From NCBI GenBank assembly GCA_009781175.1, contig WQYQ01000013.1, forward strand, positions 13,581-77,580: a stretch of DNA of 64,000 nucleotides, written 5' to 3'. Within the stretch, counting starts at the first letter, position 1. Each line of letters begins with the position of its first letter. Position numbers and translations under genes: made by a program. This document shows positions 9,795 through 18,400 of the stretch, piece after piece. A model generated the notes under the pieces. That model searched no databases and had not been told where the DNA came from. It saw only the letters and a list, made by a program, of their open reading frames with translations. This stretch comes from Betaproteobacteria bacterium. Lineage in GTDB: Bacteria; Pseudomonadota; Gammaproteobacteria; Burkholderiales; Rhodocyclaceae.

Positions 9795-10470
9795 AGCGTT
9801 GCATATCTCCGCGTTACCGATCGAATTATCGGCTGACAAACCTGTCGTCCTCGCCGTGGAAACGTCGGACACGACGCTGCGCCCGGTTGCGCGTGAGCGC
9901 GTGCGGCAGGTTCTGCGCGCCTTGCTCGCGCCGAACCTGGGCTGTAGCGCGGAAGATGTTCCATTGCATTGTGCACCGGGCTCCCCGCCGCAGCTTGTCG
10001 TGAATCGCAGAAAAATTCATACTTTGTCGACTTCGCCTTGCCGTACTACTTGTACTGTTTGCGGCTCGTCTTCGCGTCTGAATTCCTCTGCGATTCACTC
10101 TACTAATAGTGCGTCCGAACCGCGCATCGGACTTGGCATTGCACATGAAGCCGGTCTGTCCCTTGTCGCGGCGTTTCCCAATGGCCGCGTCGGCGTGGAT
10201 TTGATGCGCATCGACGCGCTGCCGGACTGGTTTAGCGTAGCGCGCGATTATCTCGGGCCGGACGCGACGCGCAGGCTTGGGCGGGTCGATCAAGCGCAGC
10301 GGCCCACCGCTTTCGCCGCCGTGTGGACGCAACTGGAGGCCGTGCTCAAATGTCACGGTTTACCGCTCACGGAATGGTCACCGCACATGGCTGCGCTGCT
10401 AAAGTCGACGCCAAGCCAGCCCTTGGCCTTACCGGCGCCTTATATTGGGCATATCGCCTGGTTGCGGTAG
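9784..10470 (+). CDS. Sfp-type 4'-phosphopantetheinyl transferase
   Basis: Overlaps the NRPS stop; [28 protein letters not shown]. Confidence 0.85.
   Translation: MQTKALHISALPIELSADKPVVLAVETSDTTLRPVARERVRQVLRALLAPNLGCSAEDVPLHCAPGSPPQLVVNRRKIHTLSTSPCRTTCTVCGSSSRLNSSAIHSTNSASEPRIGLGIAHEAGLSLVAAFPNGRVGVDLMRIDALPDWFSVARDYLGPDATRRLGRVDQAQRPTAFAAVWTQLEAVLKCHGLPLTEWSPHMAALLKSTPSQPLALPAPYIGHIAWLR
9996..10102. mobile_element. Correia-like MITE inserted in frame in the PPTase
   Basis: Inverted repeats at 10000-10019 and 10079-10098 (18/20 match) enclosing CTTCGCCTTGCCGTACTACTTGTACTGTTTGCGGCT; ends ...CACTCTA; adds about 35 atypical codons. Confidence 0.65.
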
Positions 10471-10507
10471 GCGCATAGCATCTCAAAACACCAAAGAACG
10501 AAGAAGC

Positions 10508-11100
10508 ATGGAGTTCGATTACGTCATCGTCGGCGGCGGTTCGGCGGGCTGTGTGCTCGCCAATCGTTTATCCGAAGACGCTGCGGTGACGGTATGCCTG
10601 CTCGAAGCAGGACCGCAAGACAGCAACCCACTGATTCGGATTCCGTTTGCCACCCTATGGATGATGCGCAGCGCGGCGCTCAATTGGAATTACCGTACCG
10701 CCCCCGAACCAGCCCTGCATGGCCGCCGTTTGTTCTGGCCGCGCCCGCTTTCGACGCCTATCGCGGCCGCGAACTTATTCCGGGCTCGCAACTTCAAAAT
10801 GAAGATGAAATTCGCGCTTTCATTCGAAAGCATGCGGAAACGATTTATCACCCGGCGGGGACCTGCCGCATGGGAACTGATGCGCTTGCCGTCGTGGACC
10901 CCGAATTGTGCGTACGTGGCATCGAAGGCTTACGCGTTGTCGATGCCTCGGTTATGCCGACATTGATTGGTGGGAATACGCATGCGCCGGTCATCATGAT
11001 TGCCGAAAAAGCGTCAGATCTTGTGAGGGCCGCGCAAAGGAAAATGGGAAGCAAACGTTCCGCTGCGATTTTAAGTGCCCCGTCTCGGTGCGCTTTTTAA
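10508..11100 (+). pseudogene. GMC (choline dehydrogenase-like) oxidoreductase with a large internal deletion and frameshift
   Basis: N-terminal [22 protein letters not shown]...LFWPR joined out of frame near 10745 to C-terminal PAFDAYRG...[12 protein letters not shown]...VVDASVMP...GNTHAPVIMIAEKA. Confidence 0.88.
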
Positions 11101-11487
11101 ATCTCATTCATTACTTCTAAAGATTCCTGGGGCAGCCTTTTTATGCTGTTGTGGTGCCTTTGAAGCTTTATAGAAATGAGACCGAGAGTGTGAATTTCAT
11201 ACAAAAAATCGTGAAATCGAGCGCAATGGCCTACATTGCTATTAAGAAATTCATTCCTAAAACCGAAATAAACTTAATACCTTAGCCAATGCATGTGCTA
11301 GAACATCCTTAAAAGGGTCGTTTATTTTGTATTCATTTACCCATAAATCATGGGCATCGGCATTGGTTCGGACGGATAAAAATACAGGAAAACGGGATGC
11401 AAGCTCGCATTAGGTAAGGAGTTTTGTATCAAACCGTACTGGCGTAGGGGTAGGATGCCGAACTACGGAAACAGCAAGGAGAACGCA

Positions 11488-11901
11488 ATGACGCAGATCC
11501 GGTGGGACAAGATGAGCGAACGCGATATACAGAAGCTCATCGTACAGGGCGAGCAGGAACTTGCACGCCGATCTGCCACCAAGAAGAGGGACGCGAGAAA
11601 TAAACTTGCCGCAGTCGCGCGCGAATTTGGATTCAATCTCAACGAACTCCTTGCTCCCGGCAAACGCGGACGTCCCGCGACAAGACCTCCGCGGGAGAAA
11701 TTGCCGCCGAAGTACCGTAACCCTGCCAACCCCGCGCAAACCTGGAGCGGCCACGGAAAGCGGCCGATGTGGGCGAATGCGCACCTTCAGGCCGGCGGAG
11801 ATCTGTCGGATCTGCTGATTCAAAAGCGTCGCGGACGCGCGTCCACCGCGCAAGGCCAGGCCAAGCTGGCTGGGGATGCGCCCAAAGCCAAAACCGCTTG
11901 A
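11488..11901 (+). CDS. H-NS family nucleoid-associated protein
   Basis: PPKYRNPANPAQTWSGHGKRPMW DNA-binding domain; coiled N-terminus; AAGGAG RBS. Confidence 0.88.
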   Translation: MTQIRWDKMSERDIQKLIVQGEQELARRSATKKRDARNKLAAVAREFGFNLNELLAPGKRGRPATRPPREKLPPKYRNPANPAQTWSGHGKRPMWANAHLQAGGDLSDLLIQKRRGRASTAQGQAKLAGDAPKAKTA

Positions 11902-12079
11902 GCGGGACAAATAAAAATTTTCGCAGCGAATTTTTCAAATCCAGCATTTAGATTTGATCGAGTAGGGGTGCGGCATAAGCGTATGTCGTGGCATGCTAGT
12001 TTTCGAAATCCGGCCGGCTCTTTGTATGCTGGTCTGACAAACCGGAGCGCATGGGCGCTCGTAGAAGAAACGGAGTGAG

Positions 12080-12436
12080 ATGAAGATGAACCGCCTCGAA
12101 CTGATTGCAGCAATCAACAAGGACACCGGCGTCGAAAACAAGGCTATCGATGCCGTCGTGCGCGCCTTTGTGGACAATGTCCAGAAAGCCGTCAAGAAGG
12201 GTGACGGCGTGACTCTGGTCGGCTTCGGTACCTTTGCCAGCGCTAAATCCAAGGCACGCACGGGCAAGAACCCGCGCACCGGCGAGTCGATCAAGATCGC
12301 CGCCAAGGTGCGTCCGACTTTCAAGGCCGGCAAGGGATTCAAGGATCTGCTCAATGGCGTCAAAGCGGCCAAACCGGCCGCCAAAAAGGCCGCGGCAAAA
12401 CCCGCGGCGAAGAAGCCCGCAGCAAAGAAGAAGTAA
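12080..12436 (+). CDS. HU family DNA-binding protein with a Lys/Ala/Pro-rich C-terminal tail
   Basis: VTLVGFGTF, ARTGKNPRTGESIKI, PTFKAGKGFKD; tail KAAKPAAKKAAAKPAAKKPAAKKK. Confidence 0.93.
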   Translation: MKMNRLELIAAINKDTGVENKAIDAVVRAFVDNVQKAVKKGDGVTLVGFGTFASAKSKARTGKNPRTGESIKIAAKVRPTFKAGKGFKDLLNGVKAAKPAAKKAAAKPAAKKPAAKKK

Positions 12437-12440
12437 TGAC

Positions 12441-12484
12441 ATTCGTGGCGAAGAAGCCCCAAGCTTCAGCTTGAGGCGATTCAC
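12441..12484 (+). mobile_element. Solo IS200/IS605-type right end (44 bp)
   Basis: 41/44 identical to 7096-7139; preceded by TGAC (12437-12440) and ends in TCAC. Confidence 0.75.
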
Positions 12485-12499
12485 CCGCAGCGGAATGCA

Positions 12500-12530
12500 A
12501 TAAAACGGCGCTTTTAAAGCGCCGTTTTAT
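12500..12530. terminator. Bidirectional terminator ATAAAACGGCGCTTT-T-AAAGCGCCGTTTTAT
   Basis: 15-bp perfect inverted repeat downstream of HU. Confidence 0.75.
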
Positions 12531-12540
12531 TTTTCGGTGT

Positions 12541-12642
12541 TATTCCTTCTATATCAATCGATTACTTTGTCGGTTTCGCTTGCCGTGTTATAGCGCTGTC
12601 TGCGCTTCGTCTTCGCGTACTCGATTGAATATAGAAACGAAT
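12541..12642. mobile_element. MITE copy A (TTCTATATCAATCGA termini, Correia-like core)
   Basis: About 92-bp match to 15829-15921 with 7 mismatches and 1 indel; terminal inverted repeats. Confidence 0.75.
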
Positions 12643-12695
12643 GACACCGGAGTGGCGGGTGCGCAAATCGAAATGTTATTGCGATAAGCCTCGCG

Positions 12696-13493
12696 CTACC
12701 AGCGCCCTTGAATCGCAATCGAGGCGGAAACGAAATCCGTGCGCGGCTGAGTGGCGCTACCGGCTAAAAAGCCGTAGCGGTAGATCGGCGCTGGATTGCT
12801 GCGCTGCGTGCGCGCAAACTCGGTCATCGCGACGAGCGCCAGACGTTCCGAAACGGCGGACAGTGGGAGTTCCAGGCGTAGATTTGCACCGTTCGTCGTG
12901 CCGGGGTGAAGTGTCGCGTCGTCGTAAAGCCCTTGAAAATTGATCGTTTGGCGTGAGGACAGGCTTTGGTAGTACTCGAAGCGCAGACGCGGACGCCATG
13001 CGAAATCAGGCGTCCAACTGATTCCCGCGAGCCAGGCGAGGGTTTGGTAGTGCTCGTCGAGGCCGCTAACGCCGCTGTGGCCATTGATCGAGCGGTTGCG
13101 CCATTCCTGGCGCAAACCCGTGTGCAAGGCGAGGACGGGTTCGGCTTGCCAATGACCGCGCAGGATAAGACGGCCAACTTCGAGATCGGTGTCGGTCGTA
13201 AAACCTCTGCCTGTCTGCGTTTGTCCGTCGTAGTCGATCCGCGCCGAGGCCCAGCGTCCTTCCAGGCTGGCGCCAAAATCCGCATGGCGCCACATAAGGC
13301 TGCCTGCCAGCTCGGGCACGACGCCGGATTCGGTCACCAGCCGCGAACCGTCAGTGTCGAATTCTTTGTAGCGCAACCAAGTCGGCCCCCCTTCGAGAGA
13401 AGCCGACCAGTCGTTTGCCGCGCCGATGCTTGTGTAAAGAATCAAGGCCGCGGCAATACCGCGACGTAATGGTTTAAGGAGCGACGACGCCAA
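12696..13493 (-). CDS. Hypothetical outer-membrane beta-barrel protein
   Basis: Signal-peptide-like N-terminus, amphipathic beta-strands, terminal aromatic residue (SIAIQGRW); overlaps the upstream lipoprotein stop. Confidence 0.7.
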   Translation of the reverse strand: MASSLLKPLRRGIAAALILYTSIGAANDWSASLEGGPTWLRYKEFDTDGSRLVTESGVVPELAGSLMWRHADFGASLEGRWASARIDYDGQTQTGRGFTTDTDLEVGRLILRGHWQAEPVLALHTGLRQEWRNRSINGHSGVSGLDEHYQTLAWLAGISWTPDFAWRPRLRFEYYQSLSSRQTINFQGLYDDATLHPGTTNGANLRLELPLSAVSERLALVAMTEFARTQRSNPAPIYRYGFLAGSATQPRTDFVSASIAIQGRW

Positions 13494-14520
13494 GATCAGC
13501 CCAAGTCAGTGGAATGGTCAATTCATAAGAACCGTCGACTTTCAGATTGAGCGTCAGATTCGATGCGCCGCCGGTTGTGAAGTCGACGCGGATACTGCCC
13601 TTGTCGGCGCCGACGGTATAAGAGCCGGCTCTGGGAATCACGGTCAAAGGATCGTCATATTGGATCGTTACCGGCGTATCGATGAAAAGCGTTCCGCTGA
13701 TGCCGGGCCACGTACCGGTAGCTGTTTCGGTGACGGCATATGTGCCGCTGCCGGTACTGCCATTCCAACTGTTTACAATATGGCCGTTTTGGAGTGTGAT
13801 GGTGCTGACTACGGCGCCGCTGACTGTAAGCGTATTAGTGATGAGTTGGTTAAAGCGTGCATCGCTATTAACTGTATACGGATACGCGGTGGCTTCGGTC
13901 AGGTCTACATGCAGATCGCCATTAAGTGTATTGCCACCGGTATTATCCATTTCCTTTAGGCTTGAGAAAGTGGCGGCAACGCTGGCAGTTAGCGTAGTGG
14001 CGGTGTAAGCGTATTGTTCGATACTTAGCGTGAGCGCTCCGTTATACGTCCTGCCGCTTTCGACACAGTTTTGGAATGTGAAGGTGAGCTTATCTCCAGC
14101 ATTATATGTGTCGGGATCTGAATAATTTCCTGTAATCCTTATAGTGCCGCCGCTGTCGCAGGGGCTTGTAGCATCAATAGAGGTTCCGACGACTTGCCCG
14201 ACAGGTGCGGGCGCTCGATTTTCAAGCATATGCAAGGCAAACCTGACAAGGTCGACAGCATCGATATTTGAATGAGCTACGCTTGTAGTTTGTACTCCGA
14301 CGACAGTGCTGCTCACTAGTTCGCCTGCATGACCGCTATTAAAAATCACCTGTGCCCCTGCGGCTGCAACCGCTTTCATATTGCTCGAATCAATCGTGAG
14401 CGGGACCGTTGCCGGAGCGGGGGTTCCGCCTCCGCCTCCACCTCCGCCGCCTCCGCAAGCGGTGAGCAGGCTGATTGCGCTTAATGTCGTTAAAGCCTTT
14501 ATTGTGGTGGTGCGGGACAT
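13474..14520 (-). CDS. Beta-rich lipoprotein of unknown function
   Basis: Lipobox LLTA-C, Gly-rich linker, Thr/Ser-rich body with a Cys pair (PCDSGG...FQNCVE). Confidence 0.8.
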   Translation of the reverse strand: MSRTTTIKALTTLSAISLLTACGGGGGGGGGGTPAPATVPLTIDSSNMKAVAAAGAQVIFNSGHAGELVSSTVVGVQTTSVAHSNIDAVDLVRFALHMLENRAPAPVGQVVGTSIDATSPCDSGGTIRITGNYSDPDTYNAGDKLTFTFQNCVESGRTYNGALTLSIEQYAYTATTLTASVAATFSSLKEMDNTGGNTLNGDLHVDLTEATAYPYTVNSDARFNQLITNTLTVSGAVVSTITLQNGHIVNSWNGSTGSGTYAVTETATGTWPGISGTLFIDTPVTIQYDDPLTVIPRAGSYTVGADKGSIRVDFTTGGASNLTLNLKVDGSYELTIPLTWADLGVVAP

Positions 14521-14630
14521 CGGAGATTTCCTCTTTGTTTTGAATGATTGGTTTCAAATCCTAACAAAGGGAAAACACCTCGCTGGGCGTTCCAGGATCT
14601 GTTTGATGCAAATCAAGCATAGGTAGGGAG

Positions 14631-15091
14631 CTATTGCTCCGTAATAAAGCGGAAGCGGCGCGCTCGGTTGTGGTGTGCCGGTCTTGTCGAACCGTTTTCG
14701 ACACAGGATAGAAAGCTGAACGCAAGCGTTTCTCCCGGCCAAGTTAAAGTCGTTACTCGTGTTGTAACTGTGCGGCATAGGAACCGTCTTGAGTGCAGGG
14801 CTGTGGCGGGGAGTCGATGATGACGTCGACAAGCTGTTCGGAGCCGGGAGCGCTGCCCGAAGCGATTTTGTGCAAAGTGATCCACGCCAAGTCGGCGGTG
14901 TCGATGTCACTCTGGGTTGTGTTGGAAACACGCTTGCCCGCATCGGCGCTGATCTTGTTTGGAGCGACTGCCGACGACGTTACAGAAGGGGATGGCGGAG
15001 TGCTCATCGATCTGCCGCCATTTCCCGCGCACGCCGTGAGCAGGCTGGCAGCGGACAGAGCGGCGATTTTTTTCACGCTAATGAGGGGCAT
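14631..15091 (-). pseudogene. Frameshifted paralogue of the adjacent lipoprotein
   Basis: GGAG RBS, lipobox LLTA-C, PCTQDG (cf. PCDSGG); the continuation GETLAFSFLSCVENG (cf. GDKLTFTFQNCVESG) lies in another frame. Confidence 0.65.
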
Positions 15092-15284
15092 GATCGGCAC
15101 TCCGTTTTTTATAGGGTGGGGGTGGCTGCCGGATCCTAAAAGGCGAATTCTCCCCGAGTATTGGGTTCCCATAAACGAAACGAATGTAAAACCTCACATT
15201 TGTCTCGTAGCGGAAACACCCCAGGGATAAGTCTTGAGTTGCTTATTCGCCCGCTATTTTTTGCGATAAATCCGCGGCGATTTT

Positions 15285-15821
15285 TTAACGGCCGACCAGC
15301 CGGCCGCCACGGCGCCGCTTTTCCGGCGTTGCCAATGCGGCAGTCAATCCGGCTGCATGCGCATGGCAGATCGCGCATGCGAGCGCATCCGCCGCATCGG
15401 ACTGGGGCGCGGCAGGGAGTTGCAGCAGGCGCACGACCATGTGGGAGACTTGGTCCTTTGTGGCGCGGCCTTGTCCGACAAGCGCTTTTTTGATCTGCAT
15501 CGTTCCGTATTCGGTAACCGGCAGGCCGCCGGTCGTAAGCGCCGCGATCGCCGCGCCGCGCGCTTGTCCGAGCAAGAGTGTGGACCACGGGTTTTTATTC
15601 AGGAAAACCTCTTCGATCGCGGCCTCGTTGGGCGAGTATTTCGCGATGATCTCGCGCAGACTGTCGAAGACGACGCCGAGGCGCTGCGGCAAAGGCTCGT
15701 TCGCGGCGGTGCGGATGCAGCCGCTGGCGATGTAGCTCAGGCGCGCACCGTGGCGTTCGATGAGGCCGAAGCCGGTGGATTGGAGGCCGGGGTCTATGCC
15801 CAGGATGCGATGAGCTTGCAT
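15285..15821 (-). CDS. ruvC: Holliday junction resolvase RuvC
   Basis: [49 protein letters not shown]. Confidence 0.96.
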   Translation of the reverse strand: MQAHRILGIDPGLQSTGFGLIERHGARLSYIASGCIRTAANEPLPQRLGVVFDSLREIIAKYSPNEAAIEEVFLNKNPWSTLLLGQARGAAIAALTTGGLPVTEYGTMQIKKALVGQGRATKDQVSHMVVRLLQLPAAPQSDAADALACAICHAHAAGLTAALATPEKRRRGGRLVGR

Positions 15822-15925
15822 TATTCCGTTTCTATATCAATCGATTACTTTGTCGGCCTCGCTTGCCGTGCTACAGCACTGTCTGCGCTTTGCCTTCGCG
15901 TACTCGATTGATATAGAAACGGAAT
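15822..15925. mobile_element. MITE copy B between yebC and ruvC
   Basis: 22-bp perfect terminal inverted repeat ATTCCGTTTCTATATCAATCGA; homologous to copy A. Confidence 0.8.
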
Positions 15926-15979
15926 TAGCTGCGGCACTGACCGCAGCCGTTTGTTTGAAGTATCCCGCATTACATCCGC

Positions 15980-16705
15980 TCAGGTTTCGAGCGCGGCGGA
16001 GGTATACACCTCTTGCACATCGTCGAGCGAATCGAGAGCGTCGAGCAGTTTCTGCATCCGCTCGGCGTCGTCGCCGTCCAGCACGGTTTCGTTGAGCGCC
16101 TTCATTGTCACTTCGCCGAACTCGGCCTTGAAGCCCGCTTTTTCCAGGGCTTCCTGGACGTTGGAGAATTCATACGGCGCGGTGATGACTTCGATCGAAC
16201 CGTCCTCGTTCGGCGCCACATCCTCGGCGCCCGCTTCGAGCGCGGCTTCTATCAGCGCATCTTCGCTCGTGCCGGGTGCGAACAGCAGTTGGCCACAGTG
16301 TTTGAACTGGAACGCCACGCAGCCATCGGTGCCCATATTGCCGCCGTACTTCGAAAAGGCGTGGCGCACATCGGCCACGGTGCGCTGTTTGTTGTCGGTG
16401 AGGCAATCGACCATCACCGCCGCGCCGCCGATGCCGTAGCCCTCGTAGCGGCATTCTTCATACACCACGCCTTCAAGCTGGCCGGTGCCGCGTTTGATCG
16501 CGTTCTCGATATTGTCTTTCGGCATCGATTCGGCCTTGGCCTTTTCGATCGCCAGCCGCAAACGCGGGTTCGAACCGACATCGCCGCCGCCGAGCTTGGC
16601 CGCGACGGTGACTTCCTTAATCAGCTTGGTGAAAACCTTGCCTCGCTTAGCGTCCTGACGCCCTTTGCGGTGCTGGATGTTGGCCCATTTGGAATGACCC
16701 GCCAT
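15980..16705 (-). CDS. yebC: YebC/PmpR family protein
   Basis: [37 protein letters not shown]. Confidence 0.96.
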   Translation of the reverse strand: MAGHSKWANIQHRKGRQDAKRGKVFTKLIKEVTVAAKLGGGDVGSNPRLRLAIEKAKAESMPKDNIENAIKRGTGQLEGVVYEECRYEGYGIGGAAVMVDCLTDNKQRTVADVRHAFSKYGGNMGTDGCVAFQFKHCGQLLFAPGTSEDALIEAALEAGAEDVAPNEDGSIEVITAPYEFSNVQEALEKAGFKAEFGEVTMKALNETVLDGDDAERMQKLLDALDSLDDVQEVYTSAALET

Positions 16706-16850
16706 GATGAATCGTCCGTGTTAATGCATCGAAGCCCGCAATTTTACGTCCGCGCGCCCTTCTTTGCTCGGATGCGCATGATCTATTACCCCGATGGGGT
16801 TTTGCTGGCTATCATCCGTATTGCCTGTTTTATTTGCTTGAGAGCTTCCC

Positions 16851-18368
16851 ATGACCGCACCGCTCATCATCGCCCGCCACGGCGACCAAGACATCGCCTT
16901 ATTACCCGCGCTCGCCAACCGTCATGGCCTGATTACCGGCGCGACTGGAACCGGCAAAACCGTGACGCTGCAAAAGCTCGCCGAATCTTTTTCGCGCATC
17001 GGCGTGCCGGTTTTCATGGCGGATGTGAAAAGCGACCTTTCCGGCATTGCAGCGGCGGGTGCGGAAAACGCGAAGCTCAAGGAGCGCGTGACTCAGCTCG
17101 GCGTCGAAATGCCGGCCTTTGCCGCTTGTCCGGCGGTGTTCTGGGATGTCTTCGGCGCCGCCGGCCATCCTGTGCGGGCGACGATTTCCCATATGGGGCC
17201 CGTGCTGCTCGCGCGTCTTTTGAATCTCAACGATACGCAAAGCGGCGTGCTGCAACTCGTATTCAAAATTGCCGACGACCAGGGTTTGCTCTTGCTCGAC
17301 TTCAAAGACCTGCGCGCGATGGTTCAATACGTTGGTGAAAACGCGAAACAGTTTACGACCGAGTACGGCAACGTATCCGTGGCCTCGATCGGCGCGATTC
17401 AGCGCGGTTTGCTTTCGCTTGAAAGCGAAGGCGCCGAACAATTCTTCGGCGAGCCGATGCTCGACATCGCCGATCTGATGCAGACCGACGCTAACGGGCG
17501 CGGCGTCGTGAATATTCTTGCCGCCGAAAAACTCTTCAATTCGCCGCGGCTTTATTCCACCTTCCTGCTCTGGCTGCTCTCCGAACTGTTCGAGTGCTTG
17601 CCCGAGGTCGGCGATTTGGACAAACCGAAGCTCGTGTTCTTCTTCGACGAAGCGCATTTGCTGTTCAACGAAGCGCCGCCCGCGCTGCTGCAAAAAATCG
17701 AACAAGTCGTGCGTCTAATTCGCTCGAAGGGCGTCGGCATCTACTTCGCCACGCAGAATCCGCTCGATATACCCGATACGGTGCTAGGGCAGCTTGGCAA
17801 CCGTGTGCAGCATGCGTTGCGCGCCTTCACGCCGCGCGATCAAAAAGCGGTCCAGACGGCGGCGCAGACGCTGCGACCGAATCCCGCGTTCGATGCGGCG
17901 GTGGCGATTACCGAACTCGGCGTCGGCGAGGCGCTGATTTCCTTCCTCGACGAAAAAGGGCGTCCGAATATCGTCGAACGCGCCTTCGTCGCGCCGCCGG
18001 GAAGCCGGATTGGCCCTCTGAGCGACGCGGAGCGTAAGGCATTGATCGAAGGCTCGCTGCTGTTCGGGCATTACGAAGCGATGATCGACCGGGAGTCCGC
18101 CTACGAACGGCTGCGCGGCAATAGCGCCGCGCCAAGCGCCAGCGCGCCGTCGCCCGCACCGCAGGAACAGAGCGCGGGCGGCGGATTCCTGGGCGGGTCG
18201 ATTGGCGACATCCTGTTCGGTTCGACCGGGCCGCGTGGCGGCCATCGCGACGGCATCGTGCAAACCGCGGCGAAAAGCGTCGCGCGCACAATGGGAAGCA
18301 CGGTCGGCCGCGAAATCATCCGCGGTGTGCTGGGGTCGATTCTGGGCGGCGGTTCGCGCCGCCGCTGA
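16851..18368 (+). CDS. HerA-like ATPase (DUF853/YjgR family)
   Basis: [54 protein letters not shown]. Confidence 0.92.
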   Translation: MTAPLIIARHGDQDIALLPALANRHGLITGATGTGKTVTLQKLAESFSRIGVPVFMADVKSDLSGIAAAGAENAKLKERVTQLGVEMPAFAACPAVFWDVFGAAGHPVRATISHMGPVLLARLLNLNDTQSGVLQLVFKIADDQGLLLLDFKDLRAMVQYVGENAKQFTTEYGNVSVASIGAIQRGLLSLESEGAEQFFGEPMLDIADLMQTDANGRGVVNILAAEKLFNSPRLYSTFLLWLLSELFECLPEVGDLDKPKLVFFFDEAHLLFNEAPPALLQKIEQVVRLIRSKGVGIYFATQNPLDIPDTVLGQLGNRVQHALRAFTPRDQKAVQTAAQTLRPNPAFDAAVAITELGVGEALISFLDEKGRPNIVERAFVAPPGSRIGPLSDAERKALIEGSLLFGHYEAMIDRESAYERLRGNSAAPSASAPSPAPQEQSAGGGFLGGSIGDILFGSTGPRGGHRDGIVQTAAKSVARTMGSTVGREIIRGVLGSILGGGSRRR

Positions 18369-18400
18369 GCAGATTACGTTTTTGGCCGCGCCGTTTGCAC

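Noticed and set aside
12541-15925. Composite transposon bounded by the two direct MITE copies
   Set aside because: The interval includes the core gene ruvC and no transposase; independent insertions are simpler
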